The translations under genes and the position numbers were made by a program. From the human T2T-CHM13v2.0 reference genome, Homo sapiens: a stretch of 64,000 nucleotides of DNA. A model generated the notes under the pieces. It was given only the letters and a program-made list of their open reading frames with translations. It was not told the DNA's origin and made no database searches. Positions 29,079 to 41,369 of the stretch are shown here, in pieces. The stretch lies in the NCBI RefSeq assembly GCF_009914755.1, contig NC_060928.1. One strand, written 5' to 3'. Within the stretch, counting starts at the first letter, position 1. Every line of letters begins with the position of its first letter.

Positions 29079-30531
29079 GTAAGATAATAAGAAATTATTT
29101 TTACTATAACTGACAGCAATATTGTTAATCCAAAATTGATTATATATACCCTTTATAAACCTGTTTTACTAAATGTAAGTTGGTATGGACACACCAACTG
29201 GCTAATGATTAATGACTAAACTCATACTCTGTTAACACTTTTTGAACTTGTATTTAGTGGGGTAAAGTGATTCTGTGTTTAAAAATATAAACTGAATGGA
29301 AGCCAAGATGGACAACTAGATGCAGCTAGGAAGAGCTTGTCCCACTAAGAGAGACCAGAACACGAAGTAGACCAGGACACTTCAAGCAGATCTTTGGAAG
29401 GAAGGCATTGAGAATGGACAAAAGGAGGACACAGACCGTGGGGCTAAAAGCTGGGAACCGTGGATGGGGTGTAGAGCACCAAGACTTGTTCCTAGCCCTG
29501 AGAGGGTCCTATGGAAGGGATAGGTAAAATAGGTGTAGAGCAGCCCACTCTCACCATGGACCTCTGGGATTCTAGTTGTAGGAGTCCTCATGACCTCCAT
29601 GGGGGGTCCTGACATTTGGGTTGACTCCCTGAAGAGTTGGCAGAGACAGAACTCCAGTCTGTGTGGAGCCCAGAAGGTTTGGCACAGGAACAGCTGCAGT
29701 GGAGCGTGGTCATAAGTGCCTATCTCCTAAGACCCACCATACTCCTCTAGGTGGCTTTAGCATTTATTAGCTGCCAGAAGTGGAGAGAACAGGGCTGTCT
29801 TTTCTGTCAGATGGGATGAGTCTGATCTGAATACTCCCCTGTATACAGTCCCTCTTACTGTCCCTGCCTGGCCACATCTGCTTGCAGCAGAGCCTTAGTT
29901 GTCCTGCTGAAATACTTTCCAGCGAGCACCACTGCAGATTTTTCACCAGAAGCCCTCGCCTTTCCATTTGAACTCTTTTTCAGATGGCACCTCGCTGGCA
30001 TATACCTGCCCTCAGCCTTCCCCGACCAGTGTGCATTCTCCTGCAGCTTCTACCTGCCACCTTGCCAGTGCACATATGTGTGCACATGTGCCTGTATCAT
30101 TCCACAGCCCTGTTGGTGTGCACTCACCTGCAGCCCTCTCCCACTGCCCTACCATGCACATTTGCCTGTGACCCCCTCGCTGTGGCACACTGTCTTGTGG
30201 CCCACGACTTGCCATGCCATAGCACTTTTATCAACAGCTCCCATCACAACACCTGCAGACTGGGAACACTTCAACCCCTCCAGTGCAGCAGGTGCTTGAC
30301 CTCGTGTGACCAGAAGACAAAGCTGTGGAACTTGGTCCAGCCCCTCAAGGTTAGTGCATGACACCCAGGAGACCTGAGATGGCCCCCTGAAGGCATCCAG
30401 AAATGAAGCCAATTGACTAAATCCAACTTATACTAGAGTGAAACCCTCAAGAATATCAAATAAAAGGAAAGCAAAAGGCCCCATCCAAAGAACAGCAACT
30501 TCAAAGATTAAAGGAACATTAGCTTATACCG

Positions 30532-31526
30532 ATGAGAAAGAATCAGTGCAAGAATTCTAAGAACTCTAAAATCCAGAGTGTCTTCTTACCTCTAAAAAAA
30601 AACCACAGTAGCTTACCAGCAATGATTCTTAGCCAGATTAAAATGACTGAAATGACAATTATAGAATTCAGAATCCGGCCAGCAAGGGAGCTCAACAAGA
30701 TACAGGAGAAGGTTGAAACCCAATTCAGGGAAAACAGTAACATGATCCAAGAGTTGAAAGATGACATAGCCATTTTAAGAGAGAACCAAACTGAAATTCT
30801 GGAAATAAAAAAAATTGACTACAAAAATGTCCTAATATAACTGGAAGCATTAACAACAGAATAGACCAAGCTGACGAAAGAATAACATAGCTTGAAGACT
30901 ACTCTTTTGAATCAATGCAGGCAGACAAACATAAAGAAAAAAGAAGAGAAAATAATGAACAAAACCTCTGAGAAATATGGGCTTATGTAAATAGATCAAA
31001 CATATGACTCATTGGGAGTCTTAAAGGAGATGAGAGAGAAAGCAACTTGGAAAAATTATTGAGGACATTGTCAATGAAAATTTCCCCAACTTATCTAGAG
31101 AGATCAACATACACATTTAGGAAATTCAGAGACCCTCTGTGAGATACTATACAAGATGGCCATCCCAAGACACATACTCATCACATTTTTCAAGGTCAAT
31201 ACAAAATTTAAAAAATCTTAAAGTCAGCTAGAGAAAAGGAGCAGGTCATATAATCAGTCTAACAGTAGACCTTTCAGTAGAAATCTTACAAGCCGGAAGA
31301 GATTGGAGGCCTATATTCATTTTCAGTAAAGGAAAGAAATTTCAACTAAGAATTTCATATCCAGTCATATTAAGCTTTATAAGAAAAGGAGAAATAAAGC
31401 CCTTTTTATACAAGAAAATGCTAAGGGAAGTTTTTACTACAAGACCTGCCTTAGAAGAGGTCCTTAAGGGAATGCTAAACATGGAAATGAAAGATCAATA
31501 CTTGCCACCACAAAAACATACTTTAG
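30532..31526 (+). pseudogene. L1 ORF1p remnant (frameshifts/stops)
   Basis: MRKNQCKNSKNSKIQSVFLP...EFRI...LNKIQEKVETQ is the old-L1PA ORF1 N-terminus; reading frame breaks after ~102 aa. Confidence 0.85.
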
Positions 31527-31594
31527 CACACAACTCCCTGACAATATAAAGCAACCATACAATCAAGTCTGCATAACAACCAGCTAATATTATG

Positions 31595-34500
31595 ATGACA
31601 AGACCAAATTCTCACATATCAATATTAACCTTGAACAAAAATTAGCCAAATGCCCCATGTAAGAGGCATAGAATAGCAAGTTGGATAAAGAAGCAAGACT
31701 CAACTGGATGCTGTCCAAAGATTCATCTCACATGCAAAAGTACCCATAGGCTCAAAGTAAATAAATGGAGAAAAATCTATTAAGCAAATGAAAACAAAAA
31801 AGAGCAAGGGTTACTGTTCTTATTTCAGAAAAAAATACAGATATTAGACCAACAATGATAAAAAAGACAAAGAAGGGCATTACATAATAATAAAGTGTTC
31901 AATTAAACAAGATTTAACAATTCTAAAAATATATGCACCCAACATTGGAGCACCCAGATTTATAAAATAAGTTCTTAGAGACCTACAAAAAGACTTAGAT
32001 AACAACATAGTAACAGTGGGAAGCTTCAACACTCCACTGACAGTGTTAGACAAATCAACAAGACAGAAAACTAACAAAGATATTCGAGACCTAAACTAGA
32101 CACTTGTCCAAATGGACCCAACGGACATCTACAGAATACTCTACTTAGAGTATATTTTTCTCATCTGCACATGGCACATACTCTAAAATTAACCATGTGT
32201 TCAGTCACAAAGTTTTCAACAAATTTTAAAAAAATGAAATGTTACCAACCACACTCTGAGATCACAGTGCCATAAACATAAAGACCAATACCAAGAAGAT
32301 CTCTCAAAACCATGTGGAAATTAAACAACCTGCTATTGAAAGACTGTTGGGTAAAATTATGGCAGAAATTAAAAAAAAAAACTAATGAAAACAAAGATAC
32401 ACGATACCAGAATCTCTGAAACACAGTTCAAGCAGCAAGAGGAAAGTTTATAGCACTATATGCCTATATCAAGAAGGTAGAAAGATCTCAAATTAAAAAA
32501 CTAACATCACACCTAGATGTACTAGAAAAAACAGAAGCAAACCAACCCCAACGTTAGCAAAAGAAAAGATATAACTAAAATCAGAGCTGAGCTGAACAAC
32601 ATTGAGACGTGAAAACCCATATAAAAGATAAATGAAGCCAAAAGTTGTTTTCTTAAAAGAATAACAAATATTAATAGACTGCTAGCTAGACTAATAAAGA
32701 GAAAAAAAGAGAGGTGATCCAAGTAAACACAATCAGAAATGACAAAGGTAACACTACCACAGACCCCACAGAAGTACAGGAGACTATTATGAACATGTGT
32801 ATGTGCACAAACTAGAAAACCTAGAAAAAATGAATAAATTCCTGGAAATATACAACTTTTGAAGATTGAACCAAGAAAAAACTGCAATCATAAAGAGACT
32901 AATAACAAGTTTTGAAACTGAATCAGTAATACGTACCCTACCACCCAAAAAAAGCCCTGGACCAGATGGATTCACAGCTGAATTCTACCAGATATACAAA
33001 GAAGAGCTGGTACCAATCTACTGAAATTATTCCAAAATGTTCAGTGGGAGAGACTCCTTCCCAACACATTCTTGAGCCCAGAATTATTCTGATACTAAAT
33101 CTTGGCAAAGGCAAAACTATAAAAGAAAACTTCAGGCCAATATCCCTGATGGACATAGACACAAAAATCTTCAGCAAAATACTAGCAAACTGAATTCAGC
33201 AGCACATAAAAAGGTGAATCCATCACAATTAAGTAGGCTTCATTCCTTGGATGAAAGCTTGGTTCAACATACACATATTGATAAATGCATTTCATCACAA
33301 AACAAAGCTAAAAACAAAAATCATATTATCATCTCACTAGATGCAGAAAAGGCTTTCGATAAAATTCAACATCTCTTCATGTTAAAAACCATAAACAAAC
33401 CAGGCATTGAAGGGAGATACTTCAAAATAATGAGCCATGTATGACAAACTCACAGCAAATGTCCTGCTGAATGGGCAAAAACTGGAAGCATTATCCTGAG
33501 TACCAGAATGAGACAAGGATGCCCTCTCTCACCATTCCTGTTCCACATAGCAGTAGAAGTCCCAGCCAAAGCAATCAGGCAAAAGAAAGAAATAAAAGGG
33601 ATCCATCCTTGTGTTCATGTGTTCTCATTGTTCAACTCCCACTTATGAGTGAGAACATGTGGTGTTTGGTTTTCTGTTCCTGTGTTAGTTTCATGAGAAT
33701 GATGGTTTCCAGCTGCATTCATGTACCTGCAAAGGACATAAACTCATCCTTTTTTATGGCTGCATGGCACGTGTATACCTATGTAACAAACCTGCAAGTT
33801 CTGCCCATGTATCCCAGAAATTAAAGTATAATAATAAAAAAAACTAAAAAAAAAAAAAAATCTAAAAAAAAAAAGAAATAAAAGGCATCCAAATAGGAAA
33901 AAGCTATCTCTCTTTGCTGATGATATTATTCTATACCTAGAAAAACCCCACAGTATCTGTACATGGTCTCCTAGAAATGATAAAGAAGAAAAAAACCTTC
34001 ACTAAAGTTTTAGAATACAAATTAATGTACAAAAATTAGTAGCATTTCTATATATCAATAATGTCAAAACTGAGAGACAAATTAATAGCTTAATCCCATT
34101 TACAATAGCCACACACTCAAAAACAATACCTAGGAATGCAGCTAATGAAGAAAGTGAAAGTTCTGTACATGGGGAATTACAAAATATTGTTGAAAGAAAT
34201 GGTAGATGATACGGACAAATTGAAAATCATTCCACGCTCATGAGTATGAGGAAACAATATTGTTAAAATGGCCATATTGCCAAAAGCAACCTGCAGATTC
34301 AGTGCTATTTCCATCAAACTACCATTGTCATTTTCCCCAGAATTAGAAAAAACTATTATAAAATTCCTATGGGTCAAAAAAGAGCCAAAATAGCCACAGC
34401 AATCTTAAGCAAAAAGAACAAAGCCAGAGGTATCACACTGCCTGACTTCAGACTATACTACAAGGCTACAGGATCCAAAACAGAATGGTACTAATACAAA

Positions 34501-35638
34501 AACAGACACAGAGATGAATGGAACAGTTTAGATAATTCAAAAATAAAGCTGCACACCTACAACCACTTGCTCTTCAACAAAGGCAACAATAACAAGCAAT
34601 GGGGAAAGAGCTCCCTATTCAGTAAATGGTGCTTGGATAACTGGCTAGCCATATGAGAAGATCTTTCCTTTCACCATATACAAAAATCAATTCCAGATGC
34701 ATTAACAACTTACATTTAAGTCCTAAAACTCTACAAACACAAGAAGAATAACTTAAGAAATAGCATTCTGGATACAGCTTTGGCAAAGATTTCATGAGAG
34801 TCTCTAAAAGAGAATGCAACAAAAACAAAAGTAGACAAGTGAGAGGTAATTAATCTGAAGAGCTTCTACACAGAAAAAGAATCTATCAACATAGCAAACA
34901 GACAACCTACAGGAATGGGAGGAAATATTTGCAAACTATGCATCTAACAAAGGTCTAATATACAAAATCTGTAAAGAACTTAAATGAAACAACAAGAGAA
35001 AACCTAGCAACCCCATTAAAAAAATGGGCAAAGGACATGAACAGACACTTCTCAAAGGAAGACATACAAGCAGCAAACAAACATATGAAAAAATGTTCCA
35101 GATCACTAATCATCAGTGAAATGCAAATCGAAACCACAATGAGACAGCGTTTCATAGCAGTCAGAATGGCTATTATCAAAAGATCAAAAAATAACAGATA
35201 TTGGCAACGTTGTGGGAGAAGGAAATGCTTATTCACTGCTGGTGGGGATGTAAATTAGTTTAGTTGCTGTGTAAAGCAGTTTGGACATTTCTCGAAAAAC
35301 TTAAAACAGAACTACCACTAGACCAGCAGTCTCATTATTGGATATATACCCAAAATGACACATAAATTGTTCTACCAAAAGGACGCATGCACTTGTACAT
35401 TCATTGCAGCACTAGTCACAATAGAAAAGACATGGAATCAAGCTAGATGCCCATCAGTGGTGGACTGATGAAAGATAATGCAGTGCATATACACCATAGA
35501 ATACTACACAGTCATAAAAGAAAACAAAATTATATCCTTTGCAGCAATATGGATGCACCTGGAGTCCATTGTCCTAAGCAAATGAATGCAAGAACAGAAA
35601 ACCAAATACCACATGTTCTCACTTATAAGTGGAACTAA
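31595..35638 (+). pseudogene. L1 ORF2p (endonuclease/RT) remnant, multiply disrupted
   Basis: IYAPN (atatatgcacccaac), [28 protein letters not shown] (tttgctgatgat ~33914), MNRHFSKEDIQAANKHMKKCS. Confidence 0.88.
33606..33871 (+). mobile_element. Short 5'-inverted (twin-primed) younger L1PA inserted into ORF2 of the host L1
   Basis: Antisense L1 3' piece 33606-33765, sense piece to poly-A; 20-bp TSD aaagaaataaaagg(g/c)atcca. Confidence 0.9.
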
Positions 35639-35881
35639 ACATTGAGTACACTTGTATGCAAAGATCGGAATGATAGACACTGAGGCCTGCTTGATGCGGG
35701 AGGATCAGAGAAGGGTGAGAGTACTATGCTCACTACCTGGGCGATGAAATCATTTTTACACCAAACCCCGGTGACATGCAGTTTACCCATGTAACAAACC
35801 TGCACATGTATCTCCTGAACCTAAAATAAAAGTTGAAAAAAATTAATAACACATAAACTGTAAAATAGTTAAATATCATTT

Positions 35882-35975
35882 TAAATTTTAATTTTATTTA
35901 AATTTTATAAACTACAATTAAATTTTAATTTTATTTAAATTTTATAAATTACAAATTTAAATTTTATAAACTATA
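35882..35975. repeat. AT-rich tandem repeat, ~37-38-bp unit, ~2.5 copies
   Basis: taaattttaattttatttaaattttataaa(c/t)tacaa repeated. Confidence 0.75.
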
Positions 35976-37649
35976 TTTATAAAATAAAATCACAGTAAAT
36001 ACACCTTGATAGGCATTAGTTAGCCCCAGAATTTCTGCTAAAGTCAACAACTCATGAAGGTAATAACCATGACAATAATAAACTTTTAGATGAGTCTATA
36101 CATTATAGAAAATTACTATTCGAAGATATTGTAAGAATGGTTACAACTTTTGCTAATTCATCTTCTTTAAATGCATAAATATCTCATCTAGCATTGTTGA
36201 GCTTAATTTTACATTTTGTGTTTATAAAGCCATGACCCTCAAAATGATGTCACTTTTAAAGTACGTTGACCCAATCACATATTAATGTTGAGTCACAGAA
36301 GTGAAATAATTAAGGCATTCATGAACTTTGTCTAAGGTTAAGTCTTCAAAAGTCTCCTGTATCTTCTATACTCCTTATTCTTCAGAGTCCTAGGACTTGT
36401 TTTCTTTCATCCTTCTTCCACAGCATATTTTTATGAACATCACCCTCATAACCCTATGGCCTGAAAATAGTGGAGCCCATCTCAGGGATCAAGGAGGGAA
36501 AATAAGTAATAAGGACAGAGCAAGGGCTGTGGCCCTTTATGAATCATATCAATTTCTCCAATGTTTTGGCTAATGTTTTATTCTGACTACCTGCTACATT
36601 ACTTATGAACTTGTAAGTTCCTGGAATACCCATTCCAATGACGAAACCCATCAAGAAATGAAATTTTAGTACAGCATCATTGAATATTTAGGCTTTCCTG
36701 GTCTCCGAGACCACATATGAAACGTGCCTCTCACAGTAATGCCCAGACTGGTCCTACCAGTGAGTACCAAGGATATAGAGAGAGAAATGAGATGAGGTGA
36801 TGTAAAAATATTTGCTTCTTTGACCTGCATTAGTGGGAAAAGCATTAACTTTGAAGATGGGCAACTGGTTGGAAAAGAAAATGCCCATGTCTTTCCTTAT
36901 GTTTAAAACTGGGATAATAATATCTATTCTTTAGGGTTAAAGGGAAAAAGCCTAAGATGGTGCCTCACACTCCTAAGGCATGCTATCTATGTGTTGGGCA
37001 ACGTAGCCTGTATTTCCCTTATTAAGGTAACCATTTAATGTGTCCCATTCAAAATCCCGTCGAATGTATAATCTTCAATTTCTTCCTCAAAGTATTTTTT
37101 CCGCTCTATACTCTAACTGGAATTATAAATTAATTTCTATGTCCGGGACAATTCTGAGGCGAAGACATAAGAACTAAATAAAACAACAACTTTACAAAAA
37201 AAAATTATTGGTAAATTTCTTGAGGGATAAAGCTGTCTTATGTTCTGATTTTGTGATCTTGGTGAAAATTGGAGTAATGTGCTAAGTGATTTTGTAATTA
37301 TGAGGACTATTCTATATCCTTAGTGAACAGGAATATAGACTCTCTTAGGGGGAAAGGGTTATTACCAAAGCACACACATATCTGTCTTTAACATTTGAAG
37401 ATGGCAACTGATGGAATTTCTCATCTATATATAATAGTTCACGCATCTTAGAACATTATATAAGGTTTTCTTTTCTTTATCATTTGTAAAATGGAGATAA
37501 TACTGACATTGGAGGTTAAGAGCACAGGCTTTGGGTACTATAATTTGCTTTCATTATCTGAGGATTAAGAAATGCTTAATAACCTAATAGTGAAGACGCT
37601 CTTTAAAATTGCAACTCGTCCAAATGAAAGTCACTGTTGGAGTAATATA

Positions 37650-37969
37650 CTGTTGTTCCTTGGTATTTTGAGGATTGGTTCCAGAATGCTTGAGGATACC
37701 TAAATACTTGGGTATTCAAGTCTTTTATATAAAATAGCATAGTAATTGCATGTAACTTAAAACATGTCTTCCGATATACTTTAAAACATCTCTAGATTAC
37801 TTATAATACCTAATACAATGTAAATTCCATTTAAATATTTGTTATATTGTATTGTTTTTATTGGTACTATTTTTACTGTTGTATTGTTATTTTTTTTTTC
37901 CTCACATATTTTCCATCAAGAGTTGGTTGAATCTGTGATATGGAAACCATGGATAAGGAGGGTTGACTG
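37650..37969. mobile_element. MER2 (Tigger-derived non-autonomous DNA transposon)
   Basis: Degenerate TIRs c(t)gttgttccttggtat / atggataaggagggttgactg, TA flanks; internal tctctagattacttataatacctaatacaatgtaaat. Confidence 0.88.
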
Positions 37970-37983
37970 TATAAAAGTCAATA

Positions 37984-37985
<2 letters not shown>

Positions 37986-38028
<43 letters not shown>
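37986..38028. repeat. (TG)n microsatellite, ~21 units
   Basis: Direct reading. Confidence 0.97.
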
Positions 38029-38029
<1 letters not shown>

Positions 38030-38619
38030 TCACTCTTGGCTGGCTTCAGGTCTTAGGTTAAACTTCCGAAATACTCAGGTAATAATACTATTAAAAATTG
38101 AACCCAAACCATACACCTACCTTTGTACATGTAATAATGCATATGTTATAATGAAGATACAGTATAACTATGAAGAAATAAAAGATTACATAATAAATAA
38201 TATTGGCACAATCAGTGAGTCTTTTAAACAATGGCAAATTTATTTCCTCGCCTATAGGGAATAGTTATCATTTTTGGCAACTCAACATCTTTTAAATACT
38301 CATGTTAAGTTTTTGAGAATTTCCCACATTATAAATTCTACCTCTCAAAGTCAGCATTTGGAACTGTCTCCCAGCCTTTACTTTTGAATTTACCTTCAAT
38401 TGAAGGTAAATTGAAGCACGTGACCTTGGCTTCACAAATTACACCTACTAGCTCAAGACTCAGGTCCTAAGTTAATAAGTGAATAACTGAGCACTTCTTG
38501 GACTTGATTTTTTCCCTGTGGATGATGGCAGGAACATTTGATGTTTTCTGAGTTTCTCATCCGTATCCCTGACTGTTATATTATTCACCCTTTATACGAA
38601 AAGGCATTTCAGATGAATT

Positions 38620-39560
38620 AAAGAATTACATTTTAAAATTTAGATTTTTAAAGCATATACAAAAAATAAAAGTGATTTGCGATCAAGTCTAGGGAGGAAA
38701 AGGCATTTTAATGTTAAAAGAAATGAAAGAAATAACAAAAGAAAAAACAGTGCAATAAAATTAAATTCTTTTCTATGTTTTCTATAAATAACCAACAAAA
38801 TACAATAAATTAATTGGTTTATTATATAATAAGCTCATGAAGACCTAAGACACACAAAGATTGAATTAGTGTGGTGCTTGAGCTAAATTGCAAAGGGATG
38901 AGATAAAATGATTTACAAATATAAATACAAGTGAATAATAACTACTTGAGTAAAATGCACTAACTCTTTGGGTACAAAAATTAAATTACAGCCATGGTGT
39001 AATATAATTTCTTGCCTGTCAAATCAGTAACATTATTCTTTTAAATAGTCACACCTGGTACAGTAATAGAAGACTGATATATGCTGCTGGAGGGAGTACA
39101 AACTAATACAATGATTTTGGGAAATACTTTGGAAATACATATAAAAATATTAATATTCTATGACCTTGCAGTTCTCCTTCTAGGAATATTTTGTTAAGGA
39201 AATAATCTGAAATATCCACAATGATTTATACATAGGATGCTGATTGGAGCACTGAAACCACTTAAATATTCAACTATAAAAAAATGTCAAGTACATTATA
39301 GATGATTCATATAAGTAAATATTATAGAATTGTTAAAATTATACCTCTGAAGAGTTTTCAATAACATGAAAAATACATATAATTGAAATGAGAGTTAAGG
39401 TAACAAAATTAACTCTATAACCTGAGCTCAACTGCTTAAAACACAGAGGAAAAAAAAGGTGGGAAGAATGATAGCAATAAAATTTTCAGGGGATAATTTT
39501 TTTTTCTGATTTTTAGAAAATGTATTAACACTTTCAAATTAATTTTTTTGTAATTAGAAG
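38620..39560 (+). mobile_element. Very old L1 (L1ME-like) 3' region
   Basis: tgctgctggagggagtacaaact..., tatgaccttgcagttctccttctaggaatat...aaggaaataatc. Confidence 0.65.
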
Positions 39561-39925
39561 AAAAAGTTCTCTAAAATTAATTATCCCCAAAGGAACAACT
39601 GGTTGGACAAAATTTGGTTTAAAAATAAAGTATTAAACTAAATAGTCCTTGTCGGGAACAATTTGTTCAATGAAAAAATTTTTCACTTTTCCACTGCCAA
39701 GATCACTTACTTTAAACAATGCTTTTACCTTGCTCCCTGCTTAAAAAATCTCATTGGTTCCCTCTTTCTTATGTCATTAAGTATAAATCCTTTTTGACTG
39801 CTTTTCAAGGTTTTTCTAATCTTGTTCCATTCAAAATTATTCACCATTACTTTGCCTTCTGCTTGTCTGGATTCCAATGTGTCAGTGTGTATTGTAACCA
39901 CCCTTGAAACTTCACACTTGCTCAT

Positions 39926-39928
<3 letters not shown>

Positions 39929-39974
<46 letters not shown>
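39929..39974. repeat. (CA)n microsatellite
   Basis: Direct reading. Confidence 0.97.
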
Positions 39975-39978
<4 letters not shown>

Positions 39979-40471
39979 GGACTGCCTGCTCACCAGTCTG
40001 ACAGAAATCATATTTTTCATTCGTTCATTCATTCAACAGATATTTAAATGTCTGCTATAGATCAAGTGCTGCTCTGCCTGTGGGGAGATGTACAGGATCA
40101 AAAAGATTAAGGAGCATGTTCCGATAGAACTGTTTTTCTAAAGAAAAAGTAATTTAGCAATAATCCTCTAAAGGCTATGAGGTGGATGGACTACCCCACG
40201 TAGTTTAAGGTCTTGCCTTAGAACTTAACTTCAGCACCAAACCTGCCTGTTGGGCCAAATTGATGCAGTAGCTTTGGGAAAGAAAACCTTCATTGAGTTC
40301 TAGAGTTCTATCTTTCCTTAATTCCCTGCTCAATATTTAGAAGAAACAACTACCTAAAATGTACCATTGTATCTGCTGTGAACAAAATGCTGTTGAGTGC
40401 ATTATTCCTTTATGTTATTCTGTTCCACCTTATAATGTCGGTGTGGAAGCTTTATTTTATAATTTATTACC

Positions 40472-40878
40472 TGTATTAGTTCGTTCTTGCATTGCTCTAA
40501 AGAAATACCTGAGACTGGGTAATTTATAAAGAAAAGTGATTTAATTGTCTTATGGTTGTGCAGGCTGTATAGGAAGCATAATTCTGGCCATCTGTTCAGT
40601 TTCTGAGGAGGCCCCAGGAAACTTACAACCATGGCAGAAGGTGAAGGGGGAAGCAGCCATGTCTTACATGGCCAGAGCAGGAGAAAGAGAGATAGCAGGG
40701 AGGTGTTTCACACTTTTAAATAACCAGATCTCATGAGAACTCTGCCACTGTACAGTACCAAAAGGGAATGGTGCTAAACCACTCATGAGAAACTACCTCT
40801 ATGATTCAATCACCTCTCACAGTGGGGATTACAAATCTACATGAGATTTGGGCAGGGTCACAGATTCAAACCATGTCA
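40472..40878 (-). mobile_element. MSTA-like MaLR LTR
   Basis: tgtattagttcgttcttgcattgctctaaagaaatacctgagactggg...gcaggctgtataggaagcat...caaaccatgtca. Confidence 0.9.
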
Positions 40879-41369
40879 TTCAGTCCATGGTGCCTCCCAA
40901 ATCTCATGTTCCTCTCACATGGCAAAATAAAATACAATTATGCCTTCCCAACAGTCCCCCAATGTCTTACCTCATTCCAGCGTTAACTCAAAAGTCCAAA
41001 CTCTCATCTGAGACAAGGCTAGTCCCCTCCTCCTATAAGCCTGTAAAATAAAAAAAACAAGTTAGTTACTCCAAAGATACAATGGGGGTACAAGGACTGG
41101 GAAGGTATTCCCATTCCAAAAGTGAGAGAAATTGGTCAAAAGAAAGGGGCGGCCCCAAACAAGTCCAAAACGCAGCAAGGCAATCATTACATCTTAAAGC
41201 TCCAAAAAATAATCTCCTTTTACTCCTTGTCCCACATACAGGGCATGCTGGTGCACGGGGAGGGGCTCCTAAAGTCCTGGGCAGCTCTGCTCCTGTGACT
41301 TTGCAGGGTTCAGGCCTCATAGTTGCTGTTAAGGGCTGGTGTTGAGTGCCTGCAGCTCTCTAGGTGCAC
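40879..41369 (-). mobile_element. MST internal sequence, truncated
   Basis: cctcccaaatctcatgttcctctcacat...aaacaagttagttactccaaagatacaatgggggtaca...gggcagctctgctcctgtgactttgcagg. Confidence 0.85.

Larger units (their letters stand above)
26921..29204 (+). repeat. Diverged direct duplication of ~230 bp: 26921-27141 and 28968-29204 (MLT1A end plus unique flank)
   Basis: Shared order: taatacta.acatt.ggagttagaattt.aacatataaatttt...taataagaaattatttt...cctttataaacctg.tttactaaa.gtaa.ttggtat...cacacc...ctggcta. Confidence 0.85.
29298..35845 (+). mobile_element. Full-length, inactive L1 (L1PA15/16-age, L1P4-type 5' UTR)
   Basis: ggaagccaagatgg start, GC-richer 5' UTR, ORF1, ORF2, 3' UTR ending gaacctaaaataaaagttg; partial TSD ataaactg. 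Confidence 0.93.

Noticed and set aside
29767-30412. Cluster of overlapping ORFs (up to 125 aa) on both strands
   Set aside because: Lies in the GC-richer L1 5' UTR, where stops are scarce; no recognisable protein
29298-35845. Full-length L1 as a potentially active element
   Set aside because: Both ORFs carry many stops and frameshifts, and ORF2 has a nested insertion
37839-38264. 141-aa ORF with CVCVCV run
   Set aside because: Read-through of MER2 and a (TG)n microsatellite; non-ATG start
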